Source: Phaeosaccion multiseriatum
Taxonomy: Eukaryota; Protista; Ochrophyta, other classes
Assembly (NCBI GenBank): GCA_965112735.1
Contig: OZ218956.1
Span: 682,001-746,000 of the forward strand
Length of the DNA: 64,000 nt
Direction: 5' to 3'
This document shows, in pieces, positions 11,739 to 21,990 of the stretch. How positions within the stretch are numbered: position 1 is the first letter of the stretch; each line of letters opens with the position of its first letter. Made by a program: the position numbers and the translations under genes. Under the pieces are notes generated by a model, which saw only the letters and a program-made list of their open reading frames with translations, searched no databases and was not told the origin of the DNA.

Positions 11739-13984
11739 TCACTGCAGCAGTTGTGCAGACCCCAGATGAAAAGCCTCGGCACAGGGAAGAACGAGGGGGT
11801 CCTTGTCGCCCACTGTAATCTCGTAGACCTGGCCGTGTAGCTGGAAACGGACGTACAGCTGCGGTGGCTGCTCTCCTCCCTGCTGGACGTCATAAAAGCC
11901 GAGAAGTCCGGCCTTGCTGCCAGGCGCCAGGCGCAACCCCGCGCCCCGCACAAAGAACTGGAGGGGGATGGTCACGTCGATATTCTTGGCCCCCGCCGGC
12001 GTGCTGCTGGGCGACAGGTACCACTTTTGGCCGTAGTCCGTGGCGAGAGACGTCCCAAAGCGAGCCACAAGCACGACAAGCCCCCCCCGCTCCTTTTCCC
12101 TCCGCGCCTTGAGCTGCGCGGCACCCGCCATGAGCTGAACTTGGGCCGCTGCGTTCCCCCTGGCCAACTCCAAGAGCCTTGAGGGGGAGAGGTGAGTGTC
12201 CCCCCCTCGGTTGCTGCTGCCGCCGCCGCCGCCGCCGCTGCCGCTGCTGCTGCTGCTGCTGCTGCCGCTTTTCTCTTGTTGCTGCGCTTTGCGGAATCGC
12301 CGAGTGAGGAGATACACAGTATAGTCTGCTAGACACGCACAACCCATGCTGACGGCCACGGACAGCGGGGCCGTTGCGGTGTACAGCAGGATGGGGAGCT
12401 CGAAGTGGTAGGGCCCTCGGCTGAGGCGAAGGAGGACCGTCACGCCCTGGCGAGACAGCTTCACTCCGCAGCGAGACTGAGACTCACCCTCCTCATTGAG
12501 GGACCACAAGTGATTCACTTGCACGGATTGCGCCCCGTGCCCGACCCCGAGCTTCATCTCCATGTCCATCCTACTGCGCTTGCCCAACGTGTGCTGATAG
12601 CTGCCTTGTACACGAAAATCTGTCACGCAGACTTTGGCGCTCAGCGTCCCCCGCCCGCTCGCCACCACTTGCGAATGCGAGAGGGACAGTTTCGCCGCCC
12701 GCCTCCCTCTTGCAGGGTCGACTTCCATGGTGGCATGCAGCAGCCCCAGCACAGGGACAGAGGAGCATGTCGTGGATACCTGCGCAGTCGGTGTTCCATC
12801 CCTCCGCACCGCCAGCTGCGCAACGCCATTGATTCCGTCCGACAGAAGGCGGCCGGAGCTGATGCTCACTTTCTCGTCGTGCAGCAGATTTGCCTCTGCA
12901 GCCACCCACGAGCGCGGCTCCAGCTGGTGCTAGCGGGAGAGGGGGGGAGGAGTAGCAAGGAATCAGCAGCAGTAGCAGCAGAGCAAGGGGCAGAGCCAAT
13001 GGTAGGTACCTGTAGCCTGAGGGTGGCACCTCCCGAAGCCGGGCCGCCGGGTTTGGCGAGAACAAAGCCGCCGAGCCTCAGCGCGTCTGTATCGGATAGG
13101 TCCACCGTCATACCCTGCGCGATGAGAAGCGAAGTTACCTGAGGCAGGCAGCGCCGCACGAGTTGGGGACGAGGTGGGGAAGGAAAGGGGAGGGGGGCGG
13201 TTTCGTGTGGTGGTGGTCTTCTCCCATGACCAAAGGCTCTTTTTACCTGAGGGAGGTTGGGAGCGAGTCTACCGCCCTCGCTGTTGCTCCTGCTGCCATT
13301 GCACGTCACCGTCATCCCTCCGCTGAAAGGGTAGCGCGCTTGCAGGTCAGCCTGCCGCTCCTTTCGAAGCAGAGAGCGAAAGAGCTCCCTCACAGCAGCA
13401 GGCTTGTCTCTCGCAACGCAGATTTGCTTCCAGGAGGCTTCGTCTGCTTCGAGCACCTGGACGCCTTTAACTCCATGAATATCATAGGCGGCCCGCTTGG
13501 CCGGGTCAATGAGGACCCGGTACGAGCGATCCAAAAGGGAGAACTGTGTCTCTGCTTTTTCTCGAAGCTCCTCCAGTGCGATGCCCACGGAGTCTCCCCC
13601 CTCCCCACCTCCATGAAGCATCGCCTCTTGCTGGCCGTGGTGCTTGTCAGGGTGGATAGTGGAGGCGAGCTGCATGTAGGACGAGCGCAGCTCCTCGGGA
13701 GACGCCTCCCGGTCAACATTGAGAATGGAATCTGCAGGGCGGCAGGCCAATGGGGGGGGTAGCGGGAGGATGGAGGAGGGAGATCAAGTGAGCAGGAGGC
13801 AGAGCTGAAGAGGAGGAAGAGGAGGAGGAGGAGGAGGAGAAGGAGGAGGAGAAGGAGGAGGAGGAGGAGGAGGAGGAGGAGGAGGAGGAGGAGGAGGAGG
13901 AGGACAAGAAGAAGGAGGAGGAGCAGGAGGAGGGGGGAGGCACTTACAGAAATCTAGCGACGCCTCGGAAGGGGTGCCCGCCAT
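11739..13984 (-). CDS. DNAJC11: DnaJ homolog subfamily C member 11-like (J domain + C-terminal DUF3395-type domain)
   Basis: DF|YSILNV...HPDK...Y-VL-DP-KRAAYD-HG; C-terminal 'GGLVVLVARFG', 'IDVTIPLQFFV', 'SKAGLLGFYD', 'LYVRFQ'. Confidence 0.88.
13805..13935 (+). repeat. (GGA)n microsatellite in DNAJC11 intron 1
   Basis: Direct reading. Confidence 0.85.
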
Positions 13985-14073
13985 GGCGATAGCCCCCCAA
14001 AGAAAGAAGATATGGTTTGTGATTTTGGTGGAGGACCAACAAGTAGAGATGGCACTTAATGATTTTCTTTCTC

Positions 14074-14108
<35 letters not shown>

Positions 14109-14109
14109 A

Positions 14110-14858
14110 ATGAAGCTACTGGTGCTCCCCCTCGCCTGCTGCCTTTGTGGCGATGCTTTTGTTTTCCCGCTCCGTACTTCTGTGATGAGCCGCCCCGAAC
14201 GCCCTGTCACTCATGGCAGAGAGCGAGGGCTTCAGGGGCAGGAGGAGCGGGCAGGGTCGGAGGAGGACATTAATCTGAAGGAAGCGTTGGCGAATGCAAG
14301 AGCTAATGTGGCCAGCAACACATCGCCGGGGGCAGGACTCTCCACAGCCGAGGAGCAAGCAGGCAAGCCATTCTTTCCTTCCGTCTCTCTTCCGGTCTAA
14401 TCAGTACAACCACTTCCACCACGGGAAGAGTCATTTTCAGATGATAGATGTACTTGTAGACTGTGCTGACGCCTAACGCTGTCCCCCTGAGTACTGTGTC
14501 CTCCCTCCTCACCCTGTTGCACCCCTCCCTATTTCACCGCACGTCTATCCCTGACACTCCTAACCCCCCCCCCCCCCTCCTTTCCGCACCTCGCCATCAC
14601 ACTGAACCACATCTCCTTCCGAAACGCTCCACGCACGGTCCCCTAGATGCTGCATACGCTGATTTAATCTTGACGGGACTTGACTTTGAGGAGAGAGATC
14701 TGAGCGAGGAAGAGTTGGAGGAGCTGGGCCGTGCGGGGGGCATGGAGGCTAGTAGTACCAACCGGAAGGCGAAAGGGTTCCTTGGGGATATCATGGACAT
14801 TGGAAAAGCGCTTGCTGGAGGCGCCCACATTGAGCGTAAGGAAGACGGCCGGATATAG
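14110..14858 (+). CDS. Small predicted plastid-targeted protein of unknown function (2 exons, GC-AG intron 14363-14646)
   Basis: MKLLVLPLACCLCGDAFVFP presequence. Splicing AG|gcaag ... ctag|AT joins EEQA-DAAYADLI in frame; ends HIERKEDGRI*. Confidence 0.75.
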
Positions 14859-15134
14859 TAAAAATCGCCTCCCGGCATGGGTAGCAGCAGACACCCGCCC
14901 CCGGCTGTCCGACGGTAGTGCATGACGCCGGCAGTACAGTAGCAAGTAGCAGGGTAGCAGGCTGGCTGGCGCGGGCAGTACTGATAGCACGAAGTAGCCG
15001 CGAGGGGGCGGACATGTTGACACTGAAGTGGCGCTGCTCTGCGTACGTACATTTGTTTGTTTTGTATAAACTAAAACATAAACCAAAATTGTAATGATTT
15101 CCTGACTAAACAACGCTACGATACTTTCCTCTCC

Positions 15135-15943
15135 TCAAGACTCAGCCCCGCCCATGGCCCCTTCAAACGTGAACCCAGAGTAGTTCTTTACCCTCGAGCC
15201 GCCGGCGCCCGCGCCCCCCCCGGACACGTTACCAGGCACACTCGGTGGCGGCGTTGAGCTCTCCCCACCAGAGAGCGGAGGTGATAACGTCTCTCCTCCA
15301 GCGGGCACGGCGGTGGTGTCTGGTGCCTTCTCCACTTTCGCACCACCTTCCGCCGCCGCCCCCCCCCGACGCTCTGATGTCTTCTCCGCTACGGGAGAGC
15401 CTTGCACTGTGGGGGAGGTGCTGTCGCTGCCGCCGCCGTCCGTGCCCCCCAAATTTGCGCTGACGGTGCCGACGGGCCGCTCGCCAACCTTGACCAAGTG
15501 CGGGGAGGCCGGCAGGGGCTGCACAGAGAGGCCGAAGCACGCAAATTCCCCGGCGTCCTTGAAAAAGGCTCGGAAGTACACCAGCGCCAGGAAGGAGCAG
15601 CCTCTACGATCCACCACACGCAGCACGTGCGAGCAGCCGCTGGTAGGGGTGGGCACCTTGAAGAGCGCCGACGCCAGAGAGTTGAAGAACAACTGGTGCA
15701 TGTGCGTGTGTGTCGGGCGGGCAGCGGCAGGGGCAACAGTAGAGGCGTAAGTTTACTTACAGTTAGTGTTAGGGTAGGGGTCTTTGTGTCAGCCTTCACG
15801 ACACGCCACTTACGTTGTGGTCCGAGTGGTGAATGACCGTGGCCCACACGTCTCTCTTGTTCTCCATGTACATCTCGTTGGCCTCACGACTTGACAGAAA
15901 AATATCCGAAAAGCGCTGTCACGCACGCACACACAGTGAGTGA

Positions 15944-15991
<48 letters not shown>

Positions 15992-17708
15992 AGGGGGAGG
16001 GGACGGAGGGTTACACATCCGTTCCTCTATAAATTCTTGCTCATATATCAGTAAGGACGGGCCACAATGGCGCCACCCCAGACACCCCCATCACATTGAC
16101 AAGCACACACACAAGCACACACCTTGTTGTGGCTGAACACATTCTCCCCCTTCACCACGATGCGGGTGGACACGGCAGCCACGCCCCCCGCACCTAATAC
16201 CGAAATAAACTCCGGCACCTCCGACACGGGCACATGGGCCATGGGCGGGCGGGGGGGCACGACAGTGCTCTCCGACGCGTACACGAGGGCGTAGAAGCGC
16301 TGGAAGGTGTCGGGCGTGTCGATCACGCGCTCGGGGGTGATGTCGAGGGCCTGTGGTTGGTTGGTTGGGGGCAGGAGTGGGCACAAATAAAAAAGGTCAG
16401 GGCTTGCTTGCCCCAGGCGCCGTAAACAACATCCGGCAGACAACGAGCCAACGGCCCACCCCACCCCCCACGCACCTGCGCCATTGTGAGTGCCTTCCTC
16501 AGCAGATTGGTGCTTCCCCTGTCCAGCGCCAGCAGCAGCCAGTGCCGAATGACTGCCTGGGCTTTAACGCGCGAGATCTCGTTCAGCTCATTGAGTCTCC
16601 AGAACGTGCCCAAAATGGTGTTCATCAGAGACACGGGCGGCACGAGCTCATTCACATCGTGCCAGGTGAGGGTACCGCCGTCGCCACTCGCTGCGTCTCG
16701 TTGGCCCCTGGCAGCAGCCGCGGCAGCAGCACCTGACACGGGGCGTCTGGGAGAGACTCCAGGGCTGCTTCTGCTAGCCCTGTTTGACTGTGCGTCGCTT
16801 GCTGCCCCTCCTTGGCCATCGCCCCACGTGCGCTCAGCAGAATTGACGTGAGTCGCCATGGGACTGGGGACGAAGCTGGGGTAAGGGTAGCCGGAGTGGG
16901 GTGGCCGGGCCTGCTGGTACGCCTCTCTCTCCCAGTTGGGTTGTCCTGCGTGGACACTCGGATGGGTCGAAGCACCTCGGGGGAAGCCTGGGTGGCTGCG
17001 GTGGTGAGGTGGGAAGCTCAACGGGGGCTGGGGCGGTTTCCCCCCCATTGGCCCTTCCACGAAGGGTCGAGGTCGCTTCAGGGGAAAAGGGGCAAGCTGC
17101 TCTTGGAGGTGGTGATACTCCACAAAATGGCCGTCCTCGCCCCCCTGGCTTGCCCCAATAGACCCCTTGCGCCGCCCCATGCCCCCCACACCCTTGCCGC
17201 CGCCGCCGCTGCTGCTGTCCCCCCCTACAAAACCACCATAGCCACCCATGCCCTGCGGTCCTTCGTCACTCCCCTCCCCAGGCCGTCGCCGGGAAAGAGG
17301 CCTCCCCCTGCCCCGGGTTTGGGCCACGCAGTTCAACTGAAGCCTGACACAGCGCTCGCAGGGTTCACCTTTGTCGCACCGTACCTTCGATTTGCGACAA
17401 TTAATGCACGTCTTCCCGCCCGAGTCGCGCTGCTCGCGCTCAGAACATCCAAAGGGTTGCGGAGAAAAGGCCGAACCACCCTCGTCGACGGAGAAGCCCT
17501 CCTTCTGCTGTTGCAGACTCTCTGAGGAGAGGGGCCCAGAGCTGTCTTCCTCCTCCGGGCCTGCGTCGTCCCCGGAACGGGGTGCTGTGCTCGCTCCCTG
17601 CTGCGCAGTCTTGCTCCTACTCTCTCCGCTGCTGTTACTGCCGCCGCTGCTGTATCCCCCTTCCTCAGCAACAGCCTTCGGGCCGTTAGGAGAAGGGCCT
17701 TCTAACAT
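15135..17708 (-). CDS. Zn(II)2Cys6 transcription factor with C-terminal PAS-like region, multi-exon
   Basis: CINCRKSKVRCDKGEPCERCVRLQLNC (C-x2-C-x6-C-x5-C-x2-C-x6-C) followed by RGRGRP. Downstream exons join by GT-AG. Start codon uncertain. Confidence 0.85.
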
Positions 17709-18085
17709 GGCTTGGTTCCCGGGCCCCCTCGGACGCAAAGACGCTACAGTTCCTAATCTTCAACGTAAGCACAAGACTTGAAAGCCGAACCCCCTCCGCA
17801 GTGTCTAATGAGAGGCTGGGAGATGGATACAGCGATACGTCTCTTCTGCTGCTTCCAAAGTGACCTTGCCTGAAATGTCAGAAAAAAAAATCCCCCAAAA
17901 AAACAAGGTCGTGACTCGACCAAAACCAAAAAGAGAAAAAAATAATTTGAAGCGGACGAGGTGATGAGGAGGGATGAAAAAGATGATGAGCCCGATCAGT
18001 TTTAGTTTTAAGCAAATGTATTGCAATGTATTGTAATGCATGGGATAAGTGAGGAGTAGACTTGGTTCTGTTGTCTCTTTCCGCC

Positions 18086-18324
18086 TCGCTGGCCCTACGA
18101 GGAGTGCAGGCCTAGTACAGGTGTGCTGCTACCCACTGGCTGGGCGGCACCACGCACGCGCCCACGGTCACTGGGAGGCTGCCTAGAGGCGGGCTATAGG
18201 CCGCCTAGGGCTGAAAAGTGAGCGGCCTAGAGCGGCCGGAGGCCGCCGGCCTAGGCATATTTCGGTCGAAGGCCGAGCGGCCTAGCGGCCTAGAGCCTAG
18301 GCCGCTAGGCGTGCACGGGGCCGA
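18086..18324. mobile_element. Degenerate CTAGG-rich MITE-like element (family B)
   Basis: Imperfect IR (gtgcaggcctag 18104-18115 vs ctaggcgtgcac from 18305); ends ...ggggccga. 18223-18255 is 30/33 identical to the reverse complement of 59988-60020. Confidence 0.6.
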
Positions 18325-18375
18325 TTCCAGGTTCTACACTACCCACGCTCCCATCTATCGGCGAAACCCTAGTAG

Positions 18376-18615
18376 TCGACCCCTGACGCGCTATCGCCCA
18401 CATTCGCGATAGCGCGCTATCGCCCCCCCACGCCCCCGATAGCGGAAGCGGATCGGCTGGCGCCGGCGACAGCGGATAGCACGCCCCAACAACCCCCCCC
18501 CCCCGCAAAGCCGGCTGGCGCCAGCGGATAGCGTGCCGGCTGGCGCCGGCGATAGCGGATAGCGCGCCGGCTGGCGGCGGCGATAGCGGATAGCGGATAG
18601 CGTGTCAGGGGTCGA
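18376..18615. mobile_element. 240-bp MITE (family A) with 20-bp TIRs and TAGTAG flanking duplication
   Basis: Left tcgacccctgacgcgctatc / right gatagcgtgtcaggggtcga (1 mismatch). tagtag at 18370-18375 and 18616-18621. Internal ~29-bp gccggctggcgccggcgatagcggatagc repeats. Confidence 0.85.
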
Positions 18616-18744
18616 TAGTAGCGCATCACAAAAGTCGAGAAAATTTACTATTTTACCTCTATAAATTGTCTAAAATATTGCTTTTTTTTTCGTACATAAT
18701 ACTTACTCGAACTTCGTCATTCGCTCGCTCGATGCTCTGGCCAG

Positions 18745-20335
18745 CTAGGTCGAGGGTGTGAACGAAGGGGAATAGGGAGAGAAGACGGAGGGCGCTGGGT
18801 GCTGTCTTCGCTGCGGTGGTGGCGCCGGATAGTCCTGGTGGGGCTGGTGCTGGTGTTGCTGGTGCTGGTGGTGATGGTGGTGGTGCTGCTGCTGGTGCTG
18901 GTGCTGTTGCTGGTGCTGTTGGTGGTGTTGTTGGTGGCTGTGGTGCAGACTCCTGATGGAGCCCGTTGATGCCGACGACGACAGGCCTCCCCCCATACCA
19001 CTGAGGGCGGCGGCGGCTCCGGCGGAGGTCAGGGACGGTTCCGCTGAGGAGTATGACGTGGGCTGGCCATGCCTATCCTGTCCCGGCTCGACCTGCTGCA
19101 TCCAGATGCGCGTTTTGTACAGCGCAAACAAGTCGCGCACCAGCTCTCGGAAGTCCACCCTCCCTCCCGCCTCGAAGAAGAAGGTGAGCTTGTGCCTGTC
19201 GTGCTGGAACTCAGCATCCATCACCGTCATGGGCAGGCCTCTCTGCGCCACCTTGATGCGGCACACCTCCAGCACCCGCTCCTCGTCTCGGAGCTTCTCC
19301 ATGAGCATCTGAATCTCGTCCTGCGTGGCGTGGCGGAGCACTCGCTCGCGCTCAAAGTGATACGGATTGTGTCCAGCTCCACAAGCCCCGATACTGGCGC
19401 CACCGCTGCTGCTGCCGTTGCTGGCGCTCATGCTGCTCATACCGGCCCCGCCCAGGGCGGACAGTCCGCTGCCCACACTCGCCGAGCGACGGTCCTCTCC
19501 GCCCACGTCCGCCTTGTCCTCGTGCGAGGCCATCGTGGGGTTGGCGGGGTACTTGGCCGCAATGATGCCTAGGTCCTCTCCCCGATCGGCCTCCACCTTG
19601 ACGTAGTCCCCCACCTTGAGGGTCCGAGGCGCCGCCTTGCCCAGTAGGAAGTTGCGTTTCCCCCTTTTAAATTGCACGGTGTAACCGAAGCCGTCGCCAG
19701 AGTACTCTGCAATATCAAACATGTGGTGCCCGTTCGTCTTCTCCATCATCATGTGCTCCCCCGCACCCGCCCCCGCCCCCATCCCCACCCCTCTCGCGCC
19801 GCTGTCTCTGCGCCGTCCACTCGGGTTCGACGCCCCTGCCCCGGCGCCCCTACTCATGCCAAACCCCTTCTGCGCAGCCGCCGCATAGGCAGGAATGTCC
19901 ATCGGTCCCATGTTAGCAGGGATGGCAACCATTCGCATCCCGTTCGCCGCCGCCGCCGCCGCCGCCGCCATGTTCTGATCGCGCAACAGAGCCTGCTGGT
20001 GGTGCTTGTCGTGGGCCCTCTGGCCCCCGTGTGGCGGCTGCGGATGGTGGTACGCGTGCTGCCATCGAGCCGCCCCTCCCCCTGCGGCAGCAGCAGAAGA
20101 GGGACAACCGCTATTACAGCCGCTGCAGGCGCCTCCATCCAGACACTCCGAGCGGTGGTGATCGTGCCGCTGCAGCACGAGCCCCCCTCCCCCCCTCCCC
20201 CGCACCCTCGAACTCCCGCCGCCGCCACTGCTGTGCAAGTGTGGGCTGAACTCCTCTCCACCAATCACACTCAGGCTCGGAACACTCTGGTGGCGAGGAA
20301 TTCCCATCGCATAATGGTGCGACTCCCTGCCACTG

Positions 20336-20381
<46 letters not shown>

Positions 20382-21598
20382 GGTGAGTCGGGGTGGGTAG
20401 CTTGTAGTGCCCATGTGAGTGGTGGAGGCTGTAAACATCGTCGTCTATCGGCATGCCCAGCACCTCCGAGTGGGGCGTCAGGCAAGCGACACTGGGGCTG
20501 CTAAAGGGGCTGGGGCTTTGCCGCGGACTACCGTTAGCGGAGTCGCCCACAGCCCCCACACTGCTGCGGCGCCCAAAGCTCCTGACCAGATCCGTGTCTG
20601 ATCGGTTGTACGTCAGGTTCCGCGTGCGCCCCCCCACAGGGCCAGCTCCTGACGGAGTAGCGCCACGCCGCCCACTCGATGCACTCGACGCAGGCCACTG
20701 CAAGGTCGACAGGACAAGGGAGAAGGTCAGTAGCGTGTTCAGTAGGGGCAGCATCGGGGGAGGGGGGGCGGGGGGGTGGACGGACCTGTGGTGGCTGCTG
20801 CTGCGGTTGCTGCGGCTGCTGCGGCGGGCTACTCTCCCACCGGTTCAGGGCTGCGGAAGACGTGGAGGTGGAAAAGCTCGGCAATGTCGCCGCCGAGTGA
20901 GACCCAGTGAGGGAGAAGGAAATCGTTGAGGATGAGGACGAGGCTGACGGCGGTCGCCCCGTTCCCAGCGGCAGCGCACTCGCATCCCCGACAGCCCCCA
21001 CTCCCCCACTCCCCACCCCGTGCTCCGAAGGCCAACTCTGGAAATTCCCCGTGCTCTGACTCCGAGGCAGGAAGTCCTCCGCCTTGTCCAAGCTCCCGAA
21101 GGAGCGATTCTGACGCATTGAGCTGCTGGCACCCCCCCCCCCGGTATTAAACAAGGGTCCGGTGGCTGCTGCGGATCCGCCCATGCCAATCTCCGTCATA
21201 CTCTCCACGGTAGTGTCGTCTGATCCCTCTCCTGCCGAGCTCTCGTCCCCCAGCACCCCCAATGCACACAACTCCGCCGTCGACCCACTCCTCGGCATGG
21301 CTTGCTGGGGACTGAATCTGGCCTTTCGTGGAGCATCAGACGGCTGCATATCCTCCCCGTCCATCCCTTGTCCGAGCTGACTTGAAGCCGAGAACTGGGT
21401 GGATGAGGCACTACCCTGCTGCCAAAGAGGACAAGAAAACAAAGGGGGGGGGGGGCAATTTTTTTAGGGGTGGAAGCGTGGCATACCCGCGTGGCCGATT
21501 CCTCTTACCTCTGGATTCGCTGCCCACCAGCTTTCCCCCCCCCCATAGCTGTCACCTGCGGGAGACATGACCTTTGATCCCCCCTCGGCGCCGTGCAT
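18745..21598 (-). CDS. PSP1 C-terminal domain protein with long low-complexity N-terminus
   Basis: VQFKRG...GDYVKVEADRGEDLG...LPMTVMDAEFQHDRHKLTFFFEAGGRVDFRELVRDLFALYKTRIWM. The 5' exons and start are inferred. Confidence 0.88.
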
Positions 21599-21990
21599 GG
21601 GCCTATTTGCCGCAGGCCGACCGCAAGATGACCGGGCGCTCGAAAATAAGAACCCCGACCAACGCAGTGAAGTTCTGCGACCAATCTCAGAAAAACGCGG
21701 ACAAGTCGACGAGCTTGCAGGCGAACAGCAGCGTGGATGGGGCGACTGAAGAGGGAGGGCGATGTTCTGTGTGGGCTGTTGTTCTATGACACTCTCGTGA
21801 CAGATCCCTTTCCTTTCTCGTGATGCGCCTGTGATAGTGCCTCACCCGATTTTCCCAGGGGGTTCATTGCCTTACTTTGTCCCGCACGATTGATCGGCGA
21901 GCGATCAAATTCAGAGGGAGAGGGGCCCAGTAGTATTAATAGAGCAGTATTAGGAGCAGCAGCGGCAGAAGGAACATTAGCAAGAGGAGG

